Program-made: the position numbers and the translations under genes
The notes under the pieces: generated by a model
What the model saw: only the letters and a program-made list of their open reading frames with translations
The model's database searches: none
Told to the model about the DNA's origin: nothing
Origin: Oscillospiraceae bacterium
Lineage (GTDB): Bacteria; Bacillota; Clostridia; UBA1212; UBA1255
Assembly (NCBI GenBank): GCA_015069165.1
Contig: SVJD01000002.1
Coordinates: 65,385-129,384, forward strand
Direction: 5' to 3'
Length of the DNA stretch: 64,000 nucleotides
Shown here: positions 20,477-29,500 of the stretch, piece by piece
How positions within the stretch are numbered: the first letter of the stretch is position 1
Layout: every line of letters begins with the position of its first letter

Positions 20477-22153
20477 ATGGATTATATATTAAATAAATTT
20501 TTGCCTCGTATAAAATTTGACTCATACGAGGACTTTAAAAAGAATTTTAAAATAAATGTTCCCGAGGATTTTAACTTCGGTTATGACGTAGTAGATGCTT
20601 GGGCAGAGGCAGAGCCGGAAAAACGTGCTCTCGTTTGGTGTAACGACTACGGCGACGAGAAGATTTTTACATTTACGGACGTAAAACACATAAGTAACAA
20701 AATGTGTAATTATTTCAAGTCCATAGGCTTGAAAAAAGGCGATAAGGTACTTCTTATAATGAAACGTCGTTGGGAATATTGGATTACCGTAACAGCACTT
20801 CATAAAATGGGTGTCGTAATTATTCCGGCTACATTCCAACTTACAGAAAAAGACCTTGTTTACAGAATCAACGCAGCTTCTGCGAAAATGATTATTTGTG
20901 CACAAGACGACAATATAATATCGCACGTTGAAAATTCATTGGATCAGTGCCCCACACTTATGTATAAAGCACTCGTTATGAAAAGTGGTGAGTCAAGAGA
21001 CGGTTGGATAAATTATACGGAAGCTTACGAAGGTCAAAGCGACGTATTTCCCCGTCCTCAGGGAGAGGATTTCGTATCTGCCAATGATTTAATGATAATT
21101 TACTTTACAAGCGGAACAACAGGCATGCCCAAAATGGTACAACACGTTCAGTCATATCCTTTGGGACATATTCTTACTGCGAAATATTGGCAGCAAGTAG
21201 AGGAAAACGGACTTCATTTGACTGTTGCCGATTCCGGCTGGGCAAAATTCTCTTGGGGCAAAATTTACGGTCAGTGGATTGCGGGCTCTGCAAATCTCGG
21301 TTACGATATGGATAAATTTGAACCCCACAAGCTTTTGAGTGTTATTGAGAAATATAAAATAACAACTTTCTGTGCGCCTGCTACGATGTACAGATTTATG
21401 ATAAAAGAAGATGTTACAAAATATGACTTGTCTTCGATTCATCACTGCTGTATGGCGGGAGAACCATTGAACCCTGCTGTTTTCGAGCAATGGGAAAAAT
21501 TGACGGGACACAAGCTTTACGAAGGTTTCGGACAGACAGAAACACCCGTTTTAATGGCTAACTTTGAATGGCTAAATATTAAGCCCGGCTCTACAGGAAA
21601 AGCATCTGCTCTTTACGATATACATATCGTAAATGAGAACGGCAAAGATTGTGAAATAGGCGAAGAAGGCGAGATAGTAATTAAAAATGCAAAGGCTAAT
21701 CGCCCGGTAGGACTTACAATAGGATATTACAATGACGATAAAGCAAACGAAAAATTGTATGCAGGCGGAGATTTCCATACGGGAGACAACGCTTGGTACG
21801 ACGAAGACGGACATATATGGTTTATTGGTCGTGTGGATGACGTTATTAAATGTTCCGGCTACAGAATAGGACCTTTCGAGGTTGAAAGTGCGCTCATGAC
21901 GCATCCTTCTGTTTTGGAGTGTGCCATTACGGCTGCTCCCGACCCGGTAAGAGGACAAGTGGTAAAAGCAACGATTGTATTGGCAAAAGGGTACGAAGCC
22001 TCTGAGGAACTCAAAAAAGAGCTTCAGAACCACGTTAAAAAGGTTACGGCTCCTTATAAGTATCCGAGGATAGTAGAGTTTGTAAAAGAGCTGCCAAAGA
22101 CTACCAGCGGCAAGATTCGCCGCGCGGAAATCAGAGCGCAGGAGAAAAAATAA
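20477..22153 (+). CDS. AMP-forming acyl-CoA synthetase (medium-chain ACSM-like)
   Basis: AMP-binding motif YFTSGTTGMPK, then GYGQTE-like EGFGQTE, then C-terminal LPKTTSGKIRR. Confidence 0.8.
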   Translation: MDYILNKFLPRIKFDSYEDFKKNFKINVPEDFNFGYDVVDAWAEAEPEKRALVWCNDYGDEKIFTFTDVKHISNKMCNYFKSIGLKKGDKVLLIMKRRWEYWITVTALHKMGVVIIPATFQLTEKDLVYRINAASAKMIICAQDDNIISHVENSLDQCPTLMYKALVMKSGESRDGWINYTEAYEGQSDVFPRPQGEDFVSANDLMIIYFTSGTTGMPKMVQHVQSYPLGHILTAKYWQQVEENGLHLTVADSGWAKFSWGKIYGQWIAGSANLGYDMDKFEPHKLLSVIEKYKITTFCAPATMYRFMIKEDVTKYDLSSIHHCCMAGEPLNPAVFEQWEKLTGHKLYEGFGQTETPVLMANFEWLNIKPGSTGKASALYDIHIVNENGKDCEIGEEGEIVIKNAKANRPVGLTIGYYNDDKANEKLYAGGDFHTGDNAWYDEDGHIWFIGRVDDVIKCSGYRIGPFEVESALMTHPSVLECAITAAPDPVRGQVVKATIVLAKGYEASEELKKELQNHVKKVTAPYKYPRIVEFVKELPKTTSGKIRRAEIRAQEKK

Positions 22154-22183
22154 AATTATAAATAACGAAAGGAATTGATAGAT

Positions 22184-22522
22184 ATGGCAAAAGGATTCAG
22201 AGGCGGTTTCGGAGCAAAAAACGGTGCGGGTAATAATATGCAACGTCTTATGCAGCAAGCACAGCAAATGCAAAGAGAAATGGAAAAAGAGCAGGCTGCA
22301 ATTTCAGAGAAAGTTTTTGAAAGTACATCAGGCGGCGGTGCGGTAAAAGTTGCTATGACAGGAGAAAAGAAAATCACTTCTCTTGAAATTAAACCCGAAG
22401 TAGTTGATCCTGAAGATGTTGAAATGCTTCAAGATCTTATTATGGCGGCTATAAATGAGTGTGTTGAGACTATTGACACAGAAACACAAGCTGTAATGGG
22501 CAAATATACAATGGGAATGTAA
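22184..22522 (+). CDS. ybaB: Nucleoid-associated protein YbaB/EbfC
   Basis: MQQAQQMQ...[20 protein letters not shown]...[12 protein letters not shown] is typical of the family. The ATG at 22184 has better RBS spacing than the track's TTG at 22175. Confidence 0.85.
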   Translation: MAKGFRGGFGAKNGAGNNMQRLMQQAQQMQREMEKEQAAISEKVFESTSGGGAVKVAMTGEKKITSLEIKPEVVDPEDVEMLQDLIMAAINECVETIDTETQAVMGKYTMGM

Positions 22523-22523
22523 A

Positions 22524-23120
22524 ATGGGAGTATACGGAGCATCAGTTACAAAACTCATAGAGCAATTTGAAAAATTACCGGGAATTGGGCATAAGTCTGC
22601 CCAAAGAATGGCTTTTTATATTTTGGGCAGAACACAAGAAGAAGCAGACGAGTTCGCAGATGCAATAAAAACTGCAAGAAAAGAACTTAAATATTGCCGG
22701 ATTTGTCAGAATATGGCTGATAAAGACGTTTGTGACATTTGCAGTAATGTAGCAAGAGATAACGGTAAAATATGCGTTGTGGAAGATCCGAGAGATGTTA
22801 TGGCAATGGAAAGGTCAAAAGTGTTTCTCGGCAGATATCACGTTTTGCACGGTGTTATGTCGCCCATAAACGGCATTGGTCCGGATGAGTTGAAAATCAA
22901 AGAGCTTTTGGCAAGAATTGATGACAGTGTAAGCGAAATAATTATCGCAACAAATCCTAATGTTGAAGGCGAGGCGACTGCAATGTACCTTGCTAAGCTT
23001 TTAAAACCATTCGGTGTTAAAATCACACGAATAGCTCACGGTGTGCCGGTTGGAGGCGACCTCGAATACGTGGATGAAGTAACAATAGCAAGAGCATTGG
23101 AGAACAGAAAAGAATTATGA
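22524..23120 (+). CDS. recR: Recombination protein RecR
   Basis: [15 protein letters not shown]4 zinc finger (CRICQN...CDIC) and Toprim region. Confidence 0.95.
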   Translation: MGVYGASVTKLIEQFEKLPGIGHKSAQRMAFYILGRTQEEADEFADAIKTARKELKYCRICQNMADKDVCDICSNVARDNGKICVVEDPRDVMAMERSKVFLGRYHVLHGVMSPINGIGPDELKIKELLARIDDSVSEIIIATNPNVEGEATAMYLAKLLKPFGVKITRIAHGVPVGGDLEYVDEVTIARALENRKEL

Positions 23121-24187
23121 TAGATAAATTACAGGCAGCAGAATTTCGATACGAAGAGCTGACTCAAAAATTAACAGACCCGGAGGTTTTGAGTAATTCC
23201 GACGTCTACAGAAGAACCGCCACAGAGCATTCAGAATTAGAAGAGCTTGTGACGGTTTACAGAGCATACAAAGAAGCTGTAAAAGAACGTGACGAAGCAA
23301 AAGCTATGCTTTCTGAACAATTAGAAGACGAATTTCGCGAGCTTGTAAAAGAAGAGTTTCGCAGTAAAAACGAAGAAATTGCAGAGTTTGAAGAAAAACT
23401 TAAAATAATGCTTATCCCCAAAGACCCTAACGACAACAAAAACGTAATTGTTGAAATACGAAGCGGTACGGGAGGAGAAGAAGCAGCACTTTTCGGAGCG
23501 GTGCTTTTCCGAATGTATTCAAAATTTGCAGAGCGCATGGGCTGGCGTATAGACATCGTAGACTTTAACGAAACCGAGATAGGCGGTGTTAAAGAGTGTA
23601 CTTTCACGATTGTGGGCGCGGGCGCTTACAGTAAAATGAAATTCGAAAGCGGTACCCACAGAGTTCAGCGCGTACCTGCTACGGAATCAGGCGGCAGAAT
23701 TCACACTTCTGCGGCTACTGTTGCAGTTCTTCCTGAAGTGGAGGACATTGATGTAGAATTAAACTTAAGTGATGTTGAAATAGAAACTTGCAGAGCAGGC
23801 GGTGCGGGCGGTCAGCACGTAAATAAAACGGAATCTGCTATACGTTTGATTCATAAACCCACAGGAATAGTGGTTACTTGCCAAGATGAACGTTCGCAGC
23901 TTAAAAACAAAGAACGTGCATTTAAAGTGCTTCGTTCAAAGCTTTACGAGAAACAAAAAACGGAGCGCGATAATTCCGTAGCAGAAACGAGAAAAAATCA
24001 AGTCGGCTCAGGCGACCGCAGCGAAAAAATCAGAACGTACAATTATCCGCAAAACCGCGTGACAGACCACAGAATAAATCTTACATTGTATCAGTTGGAA
24101 GCTATTCTCGACGGAGACCTTACAGAAATAATCGAAGCCCTTATCACAAGTGAACGTGCGGAAAAACTTGCAAAAGGAAACGGATGA
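23117..24187 (+). CDS. prfA: Peptide chain release factor 1
   Basis: PAT tripeptide ([10 protein letters not shown]) and the GGQ motif ([13 protein letters not shown]). Confidence 0.95.
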   Translation: MIDKLQAAEFRYEELTQKLTDPEVLSNSDVYRRTATEHSELEELVTVYRAYKEAVKERDEAKAMLSEQLEDEFRELVKEEFRSKNEEIAEFEEKLKIMLIPKDPNDNKNVIVEIRSGTGGEEAALFGAVLFRMYSKFAERMGWRIDIVDFNETEIGGVKECTFTIVGAGAYSKMKFESGTHRVQRVPATESGGRIHTSAATVAVLPEVEDIDVELNLSDVEIETCRAGGAGGQHVNKTESAIRLIHKPTGIVVTCQDERSQLKNKERAFKVLRSKLYEKQKTERDNSVAETRKNQVGSGDRSEKIRTYNYPQNRVTDHRINLTLYQLEAILDGDLTEIIEALITSERAEKLAKGNG

Positions 24188-24194
24188 CGTCAAA

Positions 24195-25259
24195 ATGAAC
24201 ACAGAAATAGTAAAAATCGACAGAAATAATATCGACAAAGAAAAAATTTCATATTGCGCAGAAGTAATAAAAAGAGGCGGACTCGTTTGTTTTCCGACGG
24301 AAACCGTTTACGGCCTTGGGGCAAGTGCGTTTAATGCAGAGGCAGTAAATAATGTTTATAAAGCAAAAGGCAGACCGGCAGATAATCCGCTTATTGTTCA
24401 TATTTCAAATTACGAAATGTTGGAACTCGTTACTGATTGTGAGGGGGAACAACGCAACGTATTAAATAAATTGGCAGATAAATTTTGGCCGGGACCGCTT
24501 ACAATGATTGCACACCGTGACGATGCAGTGCCTGCAAATGTTTCTTGCGGACTTGATACAGTAGGAATCAGATTTCCGTCACACCCGATTGCTCAAGCTT
24601 TAATTGAAGCTTCCGGAGTGCCGATTGCCGCGCCGAGCGCGAATTTGTCGGGAAAACCCAGCCCTACAAGAGCTTCTCATGTAATTGAGGACATGATGGG
24701 CAGAGTGGATATTATAATCGACGGAGGAAATTGTGACGTAGGAGTGGAATCCACTGTTTTTGATATTGCAGGAGAGCAAATGAGCGTATTAAGACCCGGA
24801 GCTGTTACTTTGGAGCAAATTTTAACTGTCGTAGAATCGGCAGACGAGCCGGATTGGATGAAATCACATGGGGATTCCGACGAAAAACCACGTTCGCCGG
24901 GACTTAAGTACAGACATTATGCGCCGAAAGCAACCGTGAAAATTTATGACGGAGAGCAAAATTTAAGAGTAAAACATATATTAAATGAAATAGAAAAAGC
25001 AAAGATGGGCGGGCTTAATTGCGGAGTTCTTACCACGGACGAGAATGTGAGATACTATGAAAATGCCGCAACCGTTTTATCTCTCGGTAAAGAAAGTGAC
25101 AGCTTACAGCAAGCTTCGAATCTTTTTCACTGTTTAAGGAGCTTCGATGAAATGAAAGTTGATTTTGTTTTTGCCGAAGCTGTGCCGTCGGGCGGAGCAG
25201 GAGATGCTGTTATGAACAGACTATACAGAGCCGCCGGAGGGAATATTATTCGGGTTTGA
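24195..25259 (+). CDS. tsaC: L-threonylcarbamoyladenylate synthase (Sua5/YwlC type TsaC)
   Basis: YrdC-domain motif GGLVCFPTETVYGLGA plus a C-terminal Sua5 domain. Start chosen as the first ATG after the prfA stop. Confidence 0.85.
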   Translation: MNTEIVKIDRNNIDKEKISYCAEVIKRGGLVCFPTETVYGLGASAFNAEAVNNVYKAKGRPADNPLIVHISNYEMLELVTDCEGEQRNVLNKLADKFWPGPLTMIAHRDDAVPANVSCGLDTVGIRFPSHPIAQALIEASGVPIAAPSANLSGKPSPTRASHVIEDMMGRVDIIIDGGNCDVGVESTVFDIAGEQMSVLRPGAVTLEQILTVVESADEPDWMKSHGDSDEKPRSPGLKYRHYAPKATVKIYDGEQNLRVKHILNEIEKAKMGGLNCGVLTTDENVRYYENAATVLSLGKESDSLQQASNLFHCLRSFDEMKVDFVFAEAVPSGGAGDAVMNRLYRAAGGNIIRV

Positions 25260-25397
25260 ATGTTTTGTCATATATGACTCTCGCTTTATGCAAATTATCT
25301 TTTAATATTATACATATAAAGGAAACATAAACGCTTGTTTTTTCTCTAAACTACAGTAGTGTAAAATATAAGAATGATTTTATACGGAGGTATTGAA

Positions 25398-26240
25398 ATG
25401 GAGAAAAAATTAACAAGAGAACACATTCAGAGTTTTTACACATGGCTGAAAACAGAAGAAAAAAGCAAAAACACAATAGAAAAGTATATTAGAGATGTAT
25501 CAGCTTTTATAAAATATTTAGGAAATGTTAGTGTTACAAAAGATAAAGTAATTGAATATAAAACAAAGTTGATTGATGAAGAATATGCCGTACGCAGTAT
25601 AAATTCTATGCTTGCATCATTAAATAGCTTATTTACCTTTCTTGGGTGGCATGATTTAAAAGTTAAATCAATAAAATTGCAAAATCAAATATATTGTTCG
25701 GAAGAAAAAGAACTTACAAAAGCCGAATATTTGCGTCTTGTAAATACAGCTAAACAAAATGGGAACAAGCGTCTGAATTTATTGATACAAACAATCTGCG
25801 CAACAGGAATACGTGTAAGTGAATTGCGATATATAACTCTTGAAGCGGTTAGAAGGGGGACAGCTGTTGTTTCTTTGAAAGGAAAAACTCGACCGGTTTT
25901 AATTATCTGTGAATTGCAAAAAAAGTTACTCCGTTACGCAACAGAACAACAAATTACGTCAGGTGCAATATTTATAACTCGAAACGGCAAACCAATGAGT
26001 CGTATTAATATTTGGAAAGAAATGAAAAACCTTTGCAAAGAAGCAGGCGTTAACCCGTGCAAAGTGTTTCCTCACAATCTAAGACATCTTTTTGCTCGTA
26101 CTTTTTATGGAATAGAAAAGGATATTGCAAAACTTGCGGATGTTCTGGGTCATAGCAGTATAAATACTACACGAATTTATATTGTTACAACCGGAGATGA
26201 ACACAGGAAAAAGTTGGAAAGTATGAGATTGATAATATGA
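25398..26240 (+). CDS. Small tyrosine site-specific recombinase (XerC/D-like), candidate invertase
   Basis: GGAGG RBS. SAM-like N-terminal domain. Catalytic signature ATGIRVSEL (Arg) ... HNLRHLFA (His-x-x-Arg) ... LGHSSINTTRIY (His, Tyr). Confidence 0.85.
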   Translation: MEKKLTREHIQSFYTWLKTEEKSKNTIEKYIRDVSAFIKYLGNVSVTKDKVIEYKTKLIDEEYAVRSINSMLASLNSLFTFLGWHDLKVKSIKLQNQIYCSEEKELTKAEYLRLVNTAKQNGNKRLNLLIQTICATGIRVSELRYITLEAVRRGTAVVSLKGKTRPVLIICELQKKLLRYATEQQITSGAIFITRNGKPMSRINIWKEMKNLCKEAGVNPCKVFPHNLRHLFARTFYGIEKDIAKLADVLGHSSINTTRIYIVTTGDEHRKKLESMRLII

Positions 26241-26265
26241 AAAAGAAAAATAAAACGATAAAAAC

Positions 26266-26287
26266 AACATAATCAATATTATGTTTC
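26266..26287. repeat. Left inverted repeat of the invertible element
   Basis: AACATAATCAATATTATGTTTC is the exact reverse complement of 26538..26559. Confidence 0.95.
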
Positions 26288-26370
26288 GGATATATATTCG
26301 AAAAAAACAAATATATCGTCTCGATGTTAAATTTTATCATAGAACAAAATAAAAATCAACAGATAAAAAA

Positions 26371-26399
26371 TTTAAAAATGAATTTTCGTAAATTATAAT
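26371..26399 (+). promoter_or_regulatory. Weaker promoter candidate on the + strand, sharing the palindromic -10
   Basis: TTTAAA (26371..26376), a 17-nt spacer, then TATAAT (26394..26399). Confidence 0.3.
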
Positions 26400-26420
26400 T
26401 TACATAAGTGAGCATGCCAA
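26392..26420 (-). promoter_or_regulatory. SigA-type promoter candidate inside the switch, currently pointing away from the surface operon
   Basis: The minus strand reads TTGGCA (26420..26415), a 17-nt spacer, then TATAAT (26397..26392). Confidence 0.45.
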
Positions 26421-26486
26421 TATAAACCTTATTATAGAGTATTTTGAGTACAAATATAACAAGGTTTATATTGTTATGCTTTTTTT
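26418..26486 (+). terminator. Hairpin plus T-run inside the switch (orientation-dependent terminator candidate)
   Basis: CAATATAAACCTT (26418..26430) pairs with AAGGTTTATATTG (26461..26473). The stem is extended by TTATA/TATAA after one mismatch. T7 at 26480..26486. Confidence 0.4.
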
Positions 26487-26537
26487 ACTGTTTTTTAGAG
26501 CGCTTTTTAACTGTGGTAAAACTTTTAAGTTTTATTT

Positions 26538-26559
26538 GAAACATAATATTGATTATGTT
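26538..26559. repeat. Right inverted repeat of the invertible element
   Basis: GAAACATAATATTGATTATGTT. With its flanks it reads GAAACATAA-TATTGA-TTATGTTTC, two 9-bp inverted arms around an asymmetric centre. Confidence 0.95.
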
Positions 26560-26597
26560 TCAAAGTGTCAAAAAATATTATACAAGGAGTGTGGATA

Positions 26598-29500
26598 ATG
26601 AAATCAAAAACAAAAAGGATTATTTCTTTATTGCTTGTGGTTATTTTGGTATGTAGTATTTTACCAATACAGACAGTTCAAGTTCAAGCGGCAGGCTTGA
26701 GTCTTCAGCAACTAAAGGACAAATTTCCACAAGATGCTTATTGGAACGGCGGTAACGTAGATAGTTATACGTGGACGCCATGTGCTTCGCATAGCAATTG
26801 TGATTATTATGGTGGGTGTAATTGTAATTCGTTTAGCAATGCGATTCAATGTCATGGCTTTGCTCTAAAATTGGGATATGATGCATTTGGCACAAACCCG
26901 AGAAATTGGTCACGAGCAGGAGCTCCATATAGTTATATTGACTCTTTAAAACCAGGCGATATTGTAACATCTGATTCTCCGTATCATACCTTTTTTGTTA
27001 TTGGTGTTACATCTTCTTCTGTAACTATAGGAGAGTGCAATTATGGTGGGAGATGCAGAATTAATTGGGGAAGAAGCATTAATAAAGCTACGATAGCTGG
27101 TTATTCTGGACTTGCAATCTATATTGCTCCTGCGACTCTCAATATAGATAATCATGTTCATTCATACACCTCAAGTGTAACCACGAATCCCACATGTACT
27201 TCTGCAGGCGTGCGTACATATAGGTGCTCTTGTGGTAGTAGCTACACTGAGAGTATTGCTGCGTTGGGTCACGATTATACCGGTGATAGATTGTATGAAA
27301 CTGCACACCCGCACCAAATTTCACAAAGGTGCGTCAGATATAGTTCTTGCGGTGGTTTTTATTGGACCGGAGAGAATTATTTTTTATCGGATTGTAGTAC
27401 TTGTTTGGCAGAAAATCCAAAACAAATACATAGTTCTCATAGTTCTGCATCACTGTCCTTAGGAGGTGCGGATTCACAAACTATATATTTTTGGTCAAGT
27501 GGCTATTATAATGGTAACTGTAGTTATCTTTGGGAAAGAAGTAATTCGAACATATTGCCCATTTGGGGAGATTGGACGGAAGATAATAAACTCCCGTTAA
27601 CTATAACAGCGAATTCTATAGGAACAACAGTGTTGACTGTATCTATAATAGATAGCGATACGGAAGCAGTTTTAAGCCGCAAGACGATAAATGTCACTGT
27701 GGGTGTATCTACTTCTTCGTTAAGTGTAAATACCTCAAACAGCGCGACAATATCTACTGCCGGAAAAATGAAGTATTATGAATACACTCCGTCAACAAGT
27801 GGTACATACGTTATTTATTCAACTGGTTCTGCGGATACAAAGGTGCATTTGTATAATGTAAGCGGAACAGAGTTGGATAGTAATGATGACGGCGGTGATA
27901 ACAGTAATTTTAGATTGGAGTACAATCTGACGGCCGGAACAAAATATATATTTGGAGTAAAATACTATAGTTCCTCAACAACGGGAACGATTCCGTTTAA
28001 GTTTGGCAATGTATACACCGTAAATTATAATGCTAATGGTGGAACCGGTGCTCCTTCTTCACAAAAAAAAGATTATGGCGCGAGTATTACATTGAGTAGT
28101 ACTTTACCAACAAGAAGTGGATATACATTTAAGGGCTGGGCTACAAGCAGTTCTGCGACAAGTGCAACATATCAGCCCGGTGACACCTATACAGCTAACT
28201 CCAGTACAACGCTTTATGCTGTTTGGAAAAAGGTGTTCTATGGAGATGTAAATCAAGACGGTGTGCTTGACAATAACGATATTCTGCGTATGAACAAGAT
28301 TCGTCTTGGCAATGTAGAGGCAACAAATTGGGAATTGTTCGCAGGAGATTTGGATGGTGATGGCACCATTACAATGGATGACATCGAATTGCTAAACGCA
28401 TTTATTCTGAGAAAAAGCACACAATTTCCGGTAGAACAGATGAAAAAAATGCTGATGATCAACACATACCCAGATAAAACGGATTATTGTATTGGAACAC
28501 AAATTAGCACAAACGGATTAAGCGTTATTTTATATTATGCAGAAACCTCCGAATGCTATTATGTGACAGAGTATTGTGATATCGTGCTTCCCTCAACAAG
28601 CAGCGCAGGCAAGAAGAATGTAGATATTTCTTTTGGAGGCTTAGAGACGCAGTATCAAATTACCGTTACATCGGAACACAGCTATACCTACAAGACCACC
28701 AAGACACCGACAACGTCTGCAACCGGTATATTGACGGGCACCTGCTCAAAATGCTCCGGTACGACTACCGTAACTTTGCCCAAATTGAATACTACCGACT
28801 ACGGCTACCAAGTCACTAAATCGGCAACCTGCACAGCCACCGGCACAGGGCGGTACACCTGGAAGACAACCACCTATGGTAGCTTCTACTTCGATATAAC
28901 GATTGCCAAGGCGGCACACAGTTGGAAAGCGGCAACCTGCACCAGTGCACAAACTTGCTCTGTTTGTGGCACGACCAGTGGTTCGGCGTTGGGGCACAGT
29001 TACAACTACAAGGCAACCAAAACGCCTACAACTTCTGCAACCGGCACACTGACGGGCACCTGCTCAAAATGCTCCGGTACGACTACCGCAACTTTGCCCA
29101 AGCTGAATACCACAGATTACAGTTATTCCGTTAGAACTGCTGCGACTTGCACCGGAGCAGGTAGTGGTCGCTATACTTGGAAGACAACAACATACGGTAG
29201 TTTCTACTTTGATGTTTCTATTTCTGCAACCGGACACAATTATTCCGGCGGCAAATGTACACGATGCGGGGCAAATGATCCGAATCATGTAATTGACCAA
29301 AATGCACCCATGATAATGGTAGATACTGTTAACGGAAAAGCCGGCGAAACGGTAAAAGTAACTGTCAGCATGAAAAACAACCCCGGTATTTGGGGTATGG
29401 ACTTGGTTGTTAACTATGACAAGACACAATTAACACTTGCAAGTGTTACAAACGGAACGGTTTTTTCTTCGTCAGAATGGACACAGGGTAATTTGTCTGG

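Larger units (their letters stand above)
26266..26559. promoter_or_regulatory. Putative invertible DNA switch (phase-variation element)
   Basis: Perfect 22-bp inverted repeats enclose 250 bp of non-coding AT-rich DNA carrying promoter hexamers and a hairpin. The element starts 25 nt after the recombinase stop and ends 38 nt before the start codon of the downstream surface-protein gene. Confidence 0.75.

Noticed and set aside
21572-22273. 233-aa minus-strand ORF
   Set aside because: It is antisense to the acyl-CoA synthetase and ybaB genes, with low-complexity translation.
23117-24187. Programmed +1 frameshift, as in prfB
   Set aside because: The protein carries the RF1-specific PAT motif and is a single uninterrupted frame, so it is prfA, which has no frameshift.
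25322-25330. GAAACATAA half-site upstream of the recombinase gene, identical to one arm of the switch repeat
   Set aside because: It is a 9-mer in AT-rich DNA with no partner arm. A chance match is plausible in a window this size, so it is not reported as a third recombination site.
25398-26240. Integrase as the marker of an integrated prophage, ICE or transposon
   Set aside because: There are no phage, conjugation or transposase genes nearby, and I saw no direct-repeat att sites. The only repeats associated with it are inverted, 22 bp long and 250 bp apart, which fits an invertase rather than an integrase.
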